Origin: an uncultured Chthonomonadales bacterium | Lineage (GTDB): Bacteria > Armatimonadota > Chthonomonadetes > Chthonomonadales > CAJBBX01 | Direction of reading: 5' to 3' | DNA length: 64,000 nucleotides | Assembly (NCBI GenBank): GCA_938005745.1 | Contig: CALLMM010000018.1 | Location: 1,454 to 65,453, forward strand | Notes under the pieces: generated by a model | What the model was told of the DNA's origin: nothing | The model's input: the letters and a program-made list of their open reading frames with translations, nothing else | Databases searched by the model: none | Position numbers and translations under genes: made by a program | Shown: positions 1 through 9,815 of the stretch, in pieces | How positions within the stretch are numbered: the stretch's first letter is position 1 | Layout: each line of letters begins with the position of its first letter

Positions 1-678
1 CTGTATAACAGTGAAGGCGCGGAGATCGGTAGCCTGTCGCTCCCGGAGTCGGTTTTCGGGGTGGAAGTCAACGTGCCCCTGATGCATCAGGCGGTGCAGA
101 CGGAAGAGGCGAACCAGCGGCAGGGGACCGCCGATACGAAGACGCGCAGCGAGGTGCGCGGCGGCGGCAAGAAGCCGTGGCGGCAGAAGGGAACGGGACG
201 CGCCCGTCAGGGCAGCATCCGCGCCCCGCACTGGCGGCATGGCGGCGTCGTCTTCGGACCGCATCCCCGCTCCTACGCCAAAGCGCTCCCCAAGAAGATG
301 CGCCAGGGCGCGCTGCGAAGCGCTCTCTCCGCCAAAGTTGCCAGCGGACAGGTGATCGGTCTGGATGCGCTGAAGCTGGAGAAGATCAAGACCCGGGAGG
401 TCGCCGCCATCCTCAAACGGCTGCCCCTGACCCGCGAAGTGAAAGCCAAGCACTACGAGGCGGATGATCAGCTGGTGGAGGGAACGAAGAAGAAGCCTTA
501 TAACGTGCTTCTGATCGTACCGGAGTACGACAGAACGCTGCTGCTGTCGTGCCGGAACATTCCCTATGTGACGCTGCGCTACGCGCCCAACTTCTCGGTG
601 CGCGATGTGCTGTCGGCAGGACGGGTCGTGCTGGCGCAGGAGGCGGTATCCAGGATTGAGGAGGTGCTGGCGAAATGA
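1..678 (+). CDS. rplD: 50S ribosomal protein uL4 (5' end cut by window edge, only a few codons missing)
   Basis: Frame 1 is open from base 1. uL4 signature [20 protein letters not shown] overlap with the following rplW. By eye, a ~20-aa insertion ([25 protein letters not shown]) relative to E. coli L4. Confidence 0.95.
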   Translation: MYNSEGAEIGSLSLPESVFGVEVNVPLMHQAVQTEEANQRQGTADTKTRSEVRGGGKKPWRQKGTGRARQGSIRAPHWRHGGVVFGPHPRSYAKALPKKMRQGALRSALSAKVASGQVIGLDALKLEKIKTREVAAILKRLPLTREVKAKHYEADDQLVEGTKKKPYNVLLIVPEYDRTLLLSCRNIPYVTLRYAPNFSVRDVLSAGRVVLAQEAVSRIEEVLAK

Positions 679-965
679 AAGACCCGTTTCTGATTATCGA
701 GCGCCCGCTGCTGACGGAAAAGAGCATGGACCTGACGGCGCTCAACAAATACTCGTTCCGCGTTGCCAGAGACGCCAACAAGGTCGAGATCGCGCAGGCG
801 ATCGCGCAGATCTATAACGTCCGGGTCGCTAAGGTCAACACGATGATCGTCAAGGGCAAGAAGCGCCGCGTGGGACGCTTTCCGGAGGGGCGCACCAGCC
901 CCTGGAAGAAAGCCATCGTGACGCTGGCTCCCGGCGACAAGATCACTCTCTTCGAGGGTATCTAG
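675..965 (+). CDS. rplW: 50S ribosomal protein uL23
   Basis: 96 aa; ...[19 protein letters not shown]...V.VNTM motif pattern; position between rplD and rplB. Confidence 0.95.
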   Translation: MKDPFLIIERPLLTEKSMDLTALNKYSFRVARDANKVEIAQAIAQIYNVRVAKVNTMIVKGKKRRVGRFPEGRTSPWKKAIVTLAPGDKITLFEGI

Positions 966-1015
966 ATTTCCGGGTTCCGCCCGGGCGGAACCCGCATCCA
1001 GATTGGAGACACGCT

Positions 1016-1849
1016 ATGCCATTACGACAGTATAAGCCGACGACTTCGAGCCGCCGCTTCCGCTCTGTCTCTACCTTTGAAGAGATTACGGCAACCCGTC
1101 CGGAGAAGTCGCTGCTGGAGCCGCTGAAGAAGACCGGCGGACGCAACGCCCAGGGAAAGATAACGGCGCGATTCCGGGGCGGCGGCAACAAGCGGATGTA
1201 CCGCATCATAGATTTCAAGCGGGATAAGACCGATGTGGCGGGAACCGTCGCCACCATCGAGTACGATCCGAACCGCACCTGCCGCATCGCCCTCGTCCGG
1301 TATGAGGACGGCGACAAGCGCTACATCCTCGCCCCGGTGGGACTGAAGGTCGGGGATCGGGTGATCGCCAGCAGTTCGGCGGACATCAAGCCGGGCAACT
1401 GCCTGCCGCTGCGCGCCATTCCGGTGGGAACGGTGATCCACAATGTGGAGATGACGCTCGGCAAGGGCGGGCAGCTCGTCCGCTCGGCGGGAGCCAGCGC
1501 GCAGCTCATGGCGAAAGAGGGCAAGTACGCGCAGGTTCGCCTGCCCTCCGGCGAGGTGCGCCGCGTGCTGATCGAGTGCAAAGCCACCATCGGACAGGTC
1601 GGCAATGTGGATCATGAGAACGAGTCCTGGGGCAAGGCGGGGCGCACCCGCTGGACCGGCAAACGCCCGCATGTGCGCGGCGTGGTGATGTCCCCGCGGG
1701 ACCATCCGCACGGCGGCGCCGAAGCAAAAGCGCCGGTCGGTCAGCGACGCGGACCGCGCACGCCGTGGGGCAAGCCGGCGCTGGGCTACAAGACCCGCCG
1801 CAACAAGGCTACGACCAAGTTCATCGTTCGCAGAAGGGACAAGAAGTAG
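1016..1849 (+). CDS. rplB: 50S ribosomal protein uL2
   Basis: 277 aa; [15 protein letters not shown] and [13 protein letters not shown] motifs typical of uL2; S10-operon order. Confidence 0.97.
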   Translation: MPLRQYKPTTSSRRFRSVSTFEEITATRPEKSLLEPLKKTGGRNAQGKITARFRGGGNKRMYRIIDFKRDKTDVAGTVATIEYDPNRTCRIALVRYEDGDKRYILAPVGLKVGDRVIASSSADIKPGNCLPLRAIPVGTVIHNVEMTLGKGGQLVRSAGASAQLMAKEGKYAQVRLPSGEVRRVLIECKATIGQVGNVDHENESWGKAGRTRWTGKRPHVRGVVMSPRDHPHGGAEAKAPVGQRRGPRTPWGKPALGYKTRRNKATTKFIVRRRDKK

Positions 1850-1913
1850 GCTGCCGGGAGCGCGCCGCCTGCGCGGCAGGCGGCAGTCCTCCGGCGCTAC
1901 GGGGAGATAGAGG

Positions 1914-2201
1914 ATGGGTCGTTCGGTTAAAAAGGGACCTTATGCCGATCCGAAGCTGATTGCGAAGGTGGAGCAGATGAATGAGAAGGGAGAGAAGAGG
2001 GCGATCAAGACCTGGTCGCGCCGTTCCACCATCTTTCCCCTGTTCATCGGGCATACCTTCATGGTGCACGACGGCAGAAAGCATATTCCGGTGTTCGTGA
2101 CGGAGAATATGGTGGGACACAAGCTGGGCGAATTCGCCCCCACCCGCCTGTTTCGCGGACACGCCGGGCAGCAGGTCGAACGTCGAACACAGATCAGGTA
2201 G
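1914..2201 (+). CDS. rpsS: 30S ribosomal protein uS19
   Basis: 95 aa; [10 protein letters not shown]...[37 protein letters not shown]. Confidence 0.97.
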   Translation: MGRSVKKGPYADPKLIAKVEQMNEKGEKRAIKTWSRRSTIFPLFIGHTFMVHDGRKHIPVFVTENMVGHKLGEFAPTRLFRGHAGQQVERRTQIR

Positions 2202-2261
2202 CGGGTAGAGGAGAGCAAGCGCGCCTTGCGCTCCCCCAGCCCTGCTGTCTCGGAGAGAGTC

Positions 2262-2957
2262 ATGGGAAAAGAGAAGACACCGCGAAGCTACAAGGATAAC
2301 CAGGCGATAGCGAAGGCGCTGAATGTTCGCGTTCCCCCGCGCAAGGCGCGTCTGGTCATGGACGCGATCCGGGGAAAGTATGTTTCGGACGCCCTCGCTA
2401 TCTTGAAATTCGTTCCCAACTTTGCGGCGCGCGCCATCGAGAAGGTGATCGAATCGGCCGCCGCCAACGCGGAGAACAGCCGCCCGCTCGATGAGCGGAC
2501 CGGCAGACCGATGGCGCCGCTGATTCGCGAAAACCTGAAGGTCGTTCGCTGTTTTGTGGATGAGGGACCGCGCATGAAGCGCATTCGCCCGCGCGCCCAG
2601 GGGCGGGTCTTCCGAATCCTCAAGCGGATGTGCCATATCACGGTGGTGGTGGAGGATGTCGCGCCCAAGCCGCGCCCGACCCGTCGGGCGACCTCCGGGC
2701 GCCGCGCCCAACCGGAAGCCGGAGCGCGTCAGGCGCGCGCCGCCGTTGCCGGAGCCGCCGCTGCCGTCGCCGCGGAGCAGACGAAAGCCGAAACCGCCGA
2801 GGAGACGACCCTGACCGAAGCGCAGGCGCAGGCGGCTGCCGCCGACCTGACGGCGAAGCTGGAGCAGGAGGAGGCCGTGGAAGCGGCGGAGACCGCCGAG
2901 CCGGAGACGACGGAGGAGACCGCCGCCTCGGACGACCAACCCGCAGCCGAGAAGTAG
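2262..2957 (+). CDS. rplV: 50S ribosomal protein uL22 with ~95-aa Ala/Glu/Thr-rich C-terminal extension
   Basis: Core [11 protein letters not shown]...AILKF.P...A..I.KV..SA.ANAE... is uL22. ATG at 2262 follows GGAGAGAG and is preferred over the track's TTG at 2226. The tail starts after ...[10 protein letters not shown]. Confidence 0.9.
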   Translation: MGKEKTPRSYKDNQAIAKALNVRVPPRKARLVMDAIRGKYVSDALAILKFVPNFAARAIEKVIESAAANAENSRPLDERTGRPMAPLIRENLKVVRCFVDEGPRMKRIRPRAQGRVFRILKRMCHITVVVEDVAPKPRPTRRATSGRRAQPEAGARQARAAVAGAAAAVAAEQTKAETAEETTLTEAQAQAAAADLTAKLEQEEAVEAAETAEPETTEETAASDDQPAAEK

Positions 2958-2971
2958 AGAGGGAGAGAGAC

Positions 2972-3757
2972 TTGGGACAGAAAATCAATCCAATCGGATT
3001 TCGGATCGGCGTCATTCGCGACTGGGAGAGCAAATGGTACCTGGATAAAGGGTACGCGGAGGCTCTGCACGAGGACTACCGGATCCGCCAGTGGGTCAAA
3101 AAGCATCACGGCAACGCGGCGATCTCGCGCGTCGAGATCGAGCGTCCCGGCGGTCAGGTCAAGGTGACGATCCATACAGCGAAGCCGGGCATCATCATCG
3201 GGCGCGGCGGCAAGGGCGTGGACGAGGTGCGGGACCACCTGAAGAAGCTGACGAACCGCTCTGTGCATGTCAACATCCAGGAGATTCGCCATCCGGACAT
3301 AGACGCGCAGCTGGTCGCCGAATCGATCGCGCAGCAGATCGAAAAGCGCATCGCCTACAAACGCGCCATGCGACAGGCGGTGATGCGCGCGATGAAGCTG
3401 GGCGTGCGCGGCATTCGCGTAACGTGCGCCGGTCGTCTGGCAGGCGCGGAGATGGCGCGTCGCGAAGGCACGCGCGAGGGCAAGATTCCGCTGCAGACCC
3501 TGCGCGCCGACATAGACTACGGCTTCGCGGAGGCGGCGACCACCTACGGCAACATCGGGATCAAGGTGTGGATCTATAAGGGCGACGTTCTGCCCGGGCA
3601 GACCCGACCGACCGAGTCGGAGATTGTGCCCCGCCGGGAGGCGATGCGCGCCGAGCGTTCTGATCGCGGCGGACGCGGCGGACGCGGCGGCGGTGATCGC
3701 GGCGGTCGCGGTCGCGGCGGTCGCGGCGGCAGCGGCGGCGGCAGCAAAGGAGAGTAA
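2972..3757 (+). CDS. rpsC: 30S ribosomal protein uS3 with RGG-rich C-terminal tail
   Basis: Canonical N-terminus (L)[22 protein letters not shown] begins at TTG 2972, in frame with the 2630 track ORF; upstream of that the frame overlaps rplV. KH-domain [10 protein letters not shown]. Tail reads [33 protein letters not shown]. Confidence 0.9.
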   Translation: MGQKINPIGFRIGVIRDWESKWYLDKGYAEALHEDYRIRQWVKKHHGNAAISRVEIERPGGQVKVTIHTAKPGIIIGRGGKGVDEVRDHLKKLTNRSVHVNIQEIRHPDIDAQLVAESIAQQIEKRIAYKRAMRQAVMRAMKLGVRGIRVTCAGRLAGAEMARREGTREGKIPLQTLRADIDYGFAEAATTYGNIGIKVWIYKGDVLPGQTRPTESEIVPRREAMRAERSDRGGRGGRGGGDRGGRGRGGRGGSGGGSKGE

Positions 3758-3762
3758 TCGCC

Positions 3763-4260
3763 ATGTTGATGCCAAAGAGAGTCAAGTACCGCAAGCAGCA
3801 CCGGGGACATCGGCGCGGCAAGGCGCAAGCCGGCAACACGTTCAACTTCGGCGAGTACGCTCTGCAGGCGCTGGAGTCGTGCTGGCTGACCTCGAACCAG
3901 ATTGAGGCGGCGCGTATTGCGATGACCCGCCACATCCGCCGCGGCGGAAAGATATGGATCCGCGTCTTCCCGGATAAGCCCTTCACCAAGAAGCCCGCCG
4001 AGACCCGGATGGGGTCGGGCAAAGGCGCGCCGGAAGGGTGGGTCGCGGTGGTCAGACCCGGACGGATTCTGTTTGAGATGTCGGGTGTCAATGAGGACCT
4101 GGCGCGGGAGGCGATGCGCCGCGCCGCGCACAAGCTGCCGATTGACGTGAAGTTCATAACGCGCAAGCAGATGGAAGCAGAGGCGCAGAGCGCTGCGGAG
4201 AACGAGCAGGAGGAGAGTCATGCCGGAGGAGAAACGGAAGCAGACACTGGAGCGGCTTAG
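3763..4260 (+). CDS. rplP: 50S ribosomal protein uL16 with acidic C-terminal tail
   Basis: [15 protein letters not shown]... is the canonical uL16 N-terminus. At 165 aa it is ~25 aa longer than usual, and its 3' end overlaps rpmC by 41 nt. Confidence 0.95.
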   Translation: MLMPKRVKYRKQHRGHRRGKAQAGNTFNFGEYALQALESCWLTSNQIEAARIAMTRHIRRGGKIWIRVFPDKPFTKKPAETRMGSGKGAPEGWVAVVRPGRILFEMSGVNEDLAREAMRRAAHKLPIDVKFITRKQMEAEAQSAAENEQEESHAGGETEADTGAA

Positions 4261-4471
4261 AGGGCTGAGCGACGCGGAGCTGGCGACAGAGCTGAAGAAT
4301 CTCCGCGCGCGGCTCTATAACCTGCGGCGAGATCATGTCTCGCGGCAGCTGGAGAATACCGCAGCCATTCCGCATACGAAAAGAGAGATCGCGCGGGTGC
4401 TGACCCTCATCTCAGAGCGGTCGAAGGCAGCGGCGGCGGCAAAAGCGGCGGCGGAGAAGAGAGAGGAGTAA
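4220..4471 (+). CDS. rpmC: 50S ribosomal protein uL29
   Basis: 83 aa; L..LS..EL..EL.NLR..L.NLR pattern; AGGAGG precedes ATG 4220. Confidence 0.9.
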   Translation: MPEEKRKQTLERLRGLSDAELATELKNLRARLYNLRRDHVSRQLENTAAIPHTKREIARVLTLISERSKAAAAAKAAAEKREE

Positions 4472-4474
4472 CGG

Positions 4475-4750
4475 ATGGCGGAGACGAACGCAGCCCCGCC
4501 GAGGGGCCGCCGAAAGACCCGGATCGGACGGGTGGTCAGCGATAAGATGGAGATGACGGTCGTGGTGGCGGTGGAGACGATGTTCCGACATCCGCTCTAC
4601 GGCAAGACGATGCGTCGCACCAAGAAGTTCAAGGCGCACGACGCCAACAACGAATGCGGTATCGGCGATACCGTGGAGATCATGGAGACGCGCCCGCTCT
4701 CCAAAGAGAAGCGGTGGCGCGTGGTCCAGATTATAGAAAAAGCGAAATAG
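4475..4750 (+). CDS. rpsQ: 30S ribosomal protein uS17
   Basis: 91 aa; [15 protein letters not shown]....HP.YGK......K..AHD..N....GD.V.I.E.RPLSK.KRW. Confidence 0.95.
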   Translation: MAETNAAPPRGRRKTRIGRVVSDKMEMTVVVAVETMFRHPLYGKTMRRTKKFKAHDANNECGIGDTVEIMETRPLSKEKRWRVVQIIEKAK

Positions 4751-4840
4751 AGTACACACGACGGAGTTCGGGAGGCGCGCCGCGGGCGTCTCGTCCCCTT
4801 GCCTTCTCAACCCGTCTGACGATATTCCGGAGAGATAGCC

Positions 4841-5209
4841 ATGATTCGACCCTATACCCGCCTGCGCGTCGCAGACAACAGCGGCGCGCGCGAAATCCTG
4901 TGTGTGCGGGTGATGAAAGGCTCCAACGCCAAGGACGCGCGCGTGGGCGATGTGATCGTGGGCGTCGTCAAGTCGGCGACCCCCGGTCAGCAGGTCAAGA
5001 AGAGCGACGTGGTGAAGGCGGTGATCGTGCGCACCAAGCAGCCGATCCGCCGCGCGGACGGCTCGGCGCTTCGCTTCGATGACAACGCCTGCGTGGTGAT
5101 CACCAACGCCCTGGAGCCGCGCGGAACCCGCGTGTTCGGTCCGGTGGCGCGCGAACTGCGCGACCGCAACTTTATGAGAATTATCTCGCTGGCGCCGGAG
5201 GTGCTGTGA
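4841..5209 (+). CDS. rplN: 50S ribosomal protein uL14
   Basis: 122 aa; MI...[13 protein letters not shown]....; first gene of the spc operon after a 90-nt spacer. Confidence 0.97.
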   Translation: MIRPYTRLRVADNSGAREILCVRVMKGSNAKDARVGDVIVGVVKSATPGQQVKKSDVVKAVIVRTKQPIRRADGSALRFDDNACVVITNALEPRGTRVFGPVARELRDRNFMRIISLAPEVL

Positions 5210-5628
5210 TGGCAGAGAAGCGAAAACCGGCGGAGTACCCGGTAAAACTACGCATCCGCAAGGGCGACACGGTCATGGTCATCTCCGGCAAGGACGGTCC
5301 GCAGGGAGATCAGCCGGGGAAGCAGGGGAAAGTCCTGCGCGCCTTCCCGCAGATCAACAAGGTTCTGGTTGAGGGCGTGAATATCATCATCAAGCACCAG
5401 AAGGCGCGTCAGACCGGTCGTCCGGGACGCGGGGGCGTGCGGCAGATGCAGGAGGGAGGGCGCATCTCCAAGCCCGCCCCGATCCATGCCTCCAAAGTCA
5501 TGCTGGTCTGCCCCAACTGCAACAAGCCGACGCGCGTGGGCTACGCCTTCCGTGAAGGAGAGGAGAAGCTCTCCGCGCGCAAGTACCGCGTCTGCAAGCG
5601 GCGCGACTGCGGAAAACCGATTGACTAG
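5209..5628 (+). CDS. rplX: 50S ribosomal protein uL24 with CxxC...Cx4C C-terminal motif
   Basis: KOW motif [17 protein letters not shown] 5209 overlaps the rplN TGA by 1 nt; GTG 5206 is the alternative start. Four Cys occur in ...[16 protein letters not shown]...[14 protein letters not shown]. Confidence 0.9.
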   Translation: MAEKRKPAEYPVKLRIRKGDTVMVISGKDGPQGDQPGKQGKVLRAFPQINKVLVEGVNIIIKHQKARQTGRPGRGGVRQMQEGGRISKPAPIHASKVMLVCPNCNKPTRVGYAFREGEEKLSARKYRVCKRRDCGKPID

Positions 5629-5702
5629 CCGGTGAGCCGCGCGCCCCGGGAAGCCGGAACCGGAGTCCTGCGGAGCGCGCAAACCGTGACGGGAGAGAGA
5701 GC

Positions 5703-6254
5703 ATGGCTCGACTGAAGGAAGTGTATAAGACGAAGATCGTGCCCGGTCTGCAGAAGCAGTTCGAATACGGCAACATCATGCAGGTTCCCAGACTGGAGAA
5801 GATCGTGCTGAACATGGGCGTGGGGCAAGCCGGACAGACGGGCGGCGACTCCAAGCTGCTGGACAACGCGATGCGCGATATGGCGATCGTGGCGGGGCAG
5901 AAGCCCGCGGTCAGCCGCGCCAAGAAGTCGGTCTCGAACTTCAAGATTCGCGCCGGCGCGCGGATCGGGTGCAAGGTGACCCTGCGGGGCGACCGGATGT
6001 ACGAGTTTCTGGATCGCCTGATCTCCATCGCACTGCCCCGTGTGCGAGACTTTCAGGGCATCAACCCCAACTCGTTCGACGGACGCGGCAACTTCGCGAT
6101 GGGCGTGAAGGAGCAGCTGATCTTCCCGGAGATTGACTACGATAAGATTGACAAGGTGCGCGGCATGGACATCATCATCTGCACCACCGCCAGGACGGAT
6201 GAAGAGGCGCGCGCACTGCTCAAAGCGTTCGGGATGCCGTTCAGAGAGAAGTAG
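5703..6254 (+). CDS. rplE: 50S ribosomal protein uL5
   Basis: 183 aa; MARLKE.Y...I.P.L...F.Y.N.MQVPR.EKIV.NMGVG. Confidence 0.97.
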   Translation: MARLKEVYKTKIVPGLQKQFEYGNIMQVPRLEKIVLNMGVGQAGQTGGDSKLLDNAMRDMAIVAGQKPAVSRAKKSVSNFKIRAGARIGCKVTLRGDRMYEFLDRLISIALPRVRDFQGINPNSFDGRGNFAMGVKEQLIFPEIDYDKIDKVRGMDIIICTTARTDEEARALLKAFGMPFREK

Positions 6255-6344
6255 GGCGTGCGCGCGCGGCGGAGAGGCGGCAGGGGGAGACGTTTCTGAA
6301 CAGAGCCTCTCGCCAATCAATCACCTTTTCAAGGACGGGGAGCG

Positions 6345-8420
6345 ATGAAAAAGTATGGCGTGGATGCCATCCGCAATATCGGGCTTTTCGGGCATCAGGG
6401 GTCTGGAAAGACCTCGCTGGCTGAGGCGATGCTGTTTGTTTCCGGAGGGATTGACCGACAGGGACGCACGGACGACGGAACCGCGACCACCGACTTCGAC
6501 CCGGAGGAGATCCGGCGTAAGATAAGCATCAACATCGGGCTGGCTCCCTTGGAGTGGCACGACTGCAAGATCAACGTGCTGGATGTTCCGGGCTACCTGG
6601 ATTTTCAGGGTGAGGTGCGCAGCGCGCTGCGGGTGGTGGATGCGGCAGTGCTGGTAACCCCGGCGCAGTCCGATCTGGAGGTGGGCTTCGAGATCGCCTG
6701 GGAGCAGGCGTCCCTGCTCAACCGCCCCCGCGCCGTCTTCATCAACCGGATGGACCGCGAAAACGCCGACTTCTTCCGGGTGGTGGAGCGGCTGCGCGCC
6801 CTCTACGGAAATGCCATCGCCCCCGTTCAGATACCGATCGGGCAGGCGGAGAGCTTCACGGGCATCGTGGACCTGATCCACATGAAAGGCTACACCGGCG
6901 TCGGGCGCGATTTTACCGAGGTTCCGATCCCGGACGACCTGCAAGAGGTGGTGCAGAAGTACCGCGAGATGCTGGTGGAGTCGGCGGCGGAAGGCGACGA
7001 CTCCCTGATCGAAAAGTACTTTGAGGAGGGAACCCTCAGCGACGAAGAGGTGATTCACGGGCTGCACGAGGGGATTGACGCAGCCAAAGTGGTTCCGGTA
7101 CTGTGCGGCTCCGCGACCCGCAATATGGGCGCGGCGGCGCTGCTGAACCTGATCGTGGAGGCGTTCCCCAACCCGACAGAGGCGCACCCCGCGCACGGAC
7201 AGACGCCCGACGGAAAAGAGGCGACCCGCAAAGCGTCGGAGTCGGAGCCGTTCAGCGCGCTGGTCTTCAAGACCCTTGCCGACCCGTTCGTGGGACAGCT
7301 GACCTACTTCCGGGTCTTCTCCGGCTCGGTGAAGTCCGATTCGCGCATCTGGAACGCCAGTTCCGGCAGCGAGGAGCGGGTCGGTCAACTCTACATCGTC
7401 AAAGGCAAGACGCAGGAGGCGGCGAGCGAGATCGGAACGGGAGACATCGGGGCGGTCGCTAAACTGACGCATACGCGCACCGGCGACACGCTGTGCGACC
7501 CGGCGAAGCCGATCATCCTCGATCCCATACAGTTTCCGAAACCGATCTATGAGATCGCCATCGTCCCCAAAACGAAGGTGGACGAGGATAAGCTGGGACC
7601 GGCGCTGCAGCGGGTGGCGGGCGAAGACCCCAGCTTCTCCTTCCGCCGCGACCCGGAGACGGGGCAGACCGTCATGAGCGGGATGGGCGAGACGCACCTG
7701 AACATCGTGGTCGAGAAGCTCAAGAAGTTCGGCGCGAACGTGGAGATCGTGCCGCTGCGCGTTCCGTATCGCGAGACGATCCAGAGCAAGGCGGAGGGAC
7801 AGGGCAAACACAAGAAGCAGACCGGAGGGCGCGGACAGTACGGCGACTGCCATATCCGACTGGAGCCGCTGCCCCGCGGAGGCGGCTTCGAGTTCGTGGA
7901 CGCCATTGTGGGCGGCGCGATCCCGCGCCAGTATATTCCGGCGGTCGAAAAGGGCGTAGTGGAGGCGATGTCCACCGGCATCCTGTCCGGGCATCCGGTG
8001 GTGGATGTGCGCTGCACCTGCTACGACGGCTCCTATCACGATGTGGACTCTTCGGAAGCCGCTTTCAAGATGGCGGGCATCCTGGCGTTCAACTCCGTCG
8101 CCATGAAGGCGTCGCCCGTCATTCTGGAGCCGGTGATGAACGTCTCGGTGGTGGTTCCGGAAGAGATGATGGGCGATGTGATGAGCGACCTGTCCGGCAA
8201 ACGGGGGCGCATCGCGGGAACCGAATCGCTGGGGCATGGACGGGTTCGGATCCGGGCGCTGGTCCCGCAGGGCGAGATGCTGCGCTACGCCATTGATCTG
8301 CGCTCCATCTCGCGCGGGCGCGGCACCTTCGAGGTCGAGCCGTCGCACTACGAAGAGGTTCCGCCGCATATCGCGCAGCAGATTATCGCCGAGTACCAGA
8401 AGAGCCGGGAAGAGCACTAG
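6345..8420 (+). CDS. EF-G-like translational GTPase paralogue (divergent G domain: GHQGSGKT / RRKISI / DVPGY / NRMD)
   Basis: 691 aa with full EF-G-length architecture: G domain, then ...FKT..DPFVGQLTYFRV.SG.. (domain II), ...GETHL.I....L... (domain III/IV), ...KKQTGGRGQYG.. (domain IV) and ...M.D.....RG.I.G... (domain V). It lies inside the spc operon between rplE and rpsZ. Confidence 0.9.
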   Translation: MKKYGVDAIRNIGLFGHQGSGKTSLAEAMLFVSGGIDRQGRTDDGTATTDFDPEEIRRKISINIGLAPLEWHDCKINVLDVPGYLDFQGEVRSALRVVDAAVLVTPAQSDLEVGFEIAWEQASLLNRPRAVFINRMDRENADFFRVVERLRALYGNAIAPVQIPIGQAESFTGIVDLIHMKGYTGVGRDFTEVPIPDDLQEVVQKYREMLVESAAEGDDSLIEKYFEEGTLSDEEVIHGLHEGIDAAKVVPVLCGSATRNMGAAALLNLIVEAFPNPTEAHPAHGQTPDGKEATRKASESEPFSALVFKTLADPFVGQLTYFRVFSGSVKSDSRIWNASSGSEERVGQLYIVKGKTQEAASEIGTGDIGAVAKLTHTRTGDTLCDPAKPIILDPIQFPKPIYEIAIVPKTKVDEDKLGPALQRVAGEDPSFSFRRDPETGQTVMSGMGETHLNIVVEKLKKFGANVEIVPLRVPYRETIQSKAEGQGKHKKQTGGRGQYGDCHIRLEPLPRGGGFEFVDAIVGGAIPRQYIPAVEKGVVEAMSTGILSGHPVVDVRCTCYDGSYHDVDSSEAAFKMAGILAFNSVAMKASPVILEPVMNVSVVVPEEMMGDVMSDLSGKRGRIAGTESLGHGRVRIRALVPQGEMLRYAIDLRSISRGRGTFEVEPSHYEEVPPHIAQQIIAEYQKSREEH

Positions 8421-8547
8421 CGCGCCGGACCTAGAGCGAGACAGGACGCGCCGATAGAACATCACAACGGTCCTCCTCTGAAGCGGGAGGACAGATCCAG
8501 CGTTACCAGCCACGCGCATACCGTGGCTCCGACGGGAGGAAAAACCA

Positions 8548-8733
8548 TTGGCAAAGCAGTGCCTGATTGAGAAGGCAAAACGAAAACCGAAGTTCGCCGT
8601 GCGCGCCTATACGCGCTGCAACGTCTGCGGGCGGGCGCGCGGCGTCTTCCGCAAGTTCGGTCTGTGTCGAATCTGCTTCCGCGAGATGGCGCACCGGGGG
8701 CTGATCCCCGGCGTCACCAAGTCGAGCTGGTAG
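8548..8733 (+). CDS. rpsZ: 30S ribosomal protein uS14, short zinc-binding type Z
   Basis: 61 aa; [46 protein letters not shown] with CxxC...CxxC; TTG start after GGGAGG. Confidence 0.95.
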   Translation: MAKQCLIEKAKRKPKFAVRAYTRCNVCGRARGVFRKFGLCRICFREMAHRGLIPGVTKSSW

Positions 8734-8745
8734 GAGGAGAGGAAG

Positions 8746-9147
<402 letters not shown>

Positions 9148-9169
9148 TCGAGGCACAAGGAGCTTAGCT

Positions 9170-9754
9170 ATGTCACGTATTGGCAAACGCCCCATCCCGC
9201 TGCCGAAAGGCGTGGAGATCAAGGTCGGGACAGGGGAGATCACGGTCAAGGGTCCGAAGGGAACCCTGACCAAGCCGATCCACCCCGATATGATCGTGGA
9301 GCAGACGGACGGAAACCTGGAGATCAAGCGCCCCTCCGACAGCAAGGAGCATCGCTCGCTGCACGGCTTGACCCGCACCCTCATCGCCAACATGGTGGAG
9401 GGAGTGACCAACGGCTATGCGCGGACGCTGGATGTCTACGGCGTCGGCTACCGCACCGCGATGAACGGCAAGAACCTGGCGTTGTCCGTCGGCTTCTCAC
9501 ACGGCATCGAACTGGCTCCCCCGCCGGGTATCGAGTTTGAGGCGGGAACCGATCAGCAGTCCCGTACTCCCTACCTGGTCGTCAAAGGGATTGACAAGCA
9601 GCTGGTCGGGCAGATCGCCGCGCAGATCCGCCGTCTGCGTAAGCCGGAGCCGTATAAAGGCAAGGGTATCCGCTATCGGGGCGAGCAGATCCGCCGCAAA
9701 GCCGGCAAAGCCGGGAAAGCGGGCGGCAAGGGCGGAAAAGGCGGCAAGAAGTAG
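9170..9754 (+). CDS. rplF: 50S ribosomal protein uL6 with Lys/Gly-rich C-terminal tail
   Basis: MSRIGK.PI.LP.GV......... is the canonical uL6 start; tail reads KAGKAGKAGGKGGKGGKK. Confidence 0.95.
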   Translation: MSRIGKRPIPLPKGVEIKVGTGEITVKGPKGTLTKPIHPDMIVEQTDGNLEIKRPSDSKEHRSLHGLTRTLIANMVEGVTNGYARTLDVYGVGYRTAMNGKNLALSVGFSHGIELAPPPGIEFEAGTDQQSRTPYLVVKGIDKQLVGQIAAQIRRLRKPEPYKGKGIRYRGEQIRRKAGKAGKAGGKGGKGGKK

Positions 9755-9786
9755 CGCCGCCGGGACAGTACGCCGGCTCGTGCGCC

Positions 9787-9815
9787 TTGCAATTGCCCTC
9801 TGCCACAGGTATACT
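9787..9815 (+). promoter_or_regulatory. Candidate sigma70-type internal promoter in the rplF-rplR spacer
   Basis: TTGCAA (9787-9792), exactly 17 nt, then TATACT (9810-9815). Followed by an 8-bp-stem hairpin GCCGGCAG/CTGCCGGC (9845-9869) and a GAGGGG RBS before ATG 9883. Confidence 0.35.

Noticed and set aside
2226-2261. Upstream-extended starts in the ORF track (2226 rplV, 2630 rpsC, 16723 rpoA, 19874 AKR, 24224 GH-like, 26195 prenyl synthase, 33245 GDE, 37716 anSME, 39296 sulfatase, 46589 dgoD, 46588 Spo0M-like, 47663 lyase-like, 53104 protease, 60092 rqcH)
   Set aside because: The extensions overlap upstream genes or lack RBSs. Downstream starts coincide with conserved family N-termini, signal peptides or good Shine-Dalgarno spacing.
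6345-8420. Annotating the GTPase as housekeeping fusA, or as a Tet(M)/Tet(O)-type ribosomal protection protein
   Set aside because: Both of those classes retain DTPGH. This protein has DVPGY and a divergent switch I, and it sits outside the str operon context. A paralogue of unknown role is the defensible call.
6321-8519. 732-aa ORF antisense to the EF-G-like gene. Similar long antisense ORFs include 1821-2939, 11153-13096, 13212-14372, 17595-19145, 20066-21505, 21645-23204, 24004-25119, 31122-33038, 33025-35694, 35508-36842, 37782-39152, 39161-40477, 40918-41886, 45405-46604, 51080-53179, 53903-56281 and 56316-57725.
   Set aside because: Each lies opposite a gene with clear family motifs. 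Their translations are Arg/Ala/Gly/Pro/His-rich low-information sequence with no recognisable domains. Long stop-free antisense frames are expected in high-GC DNA.
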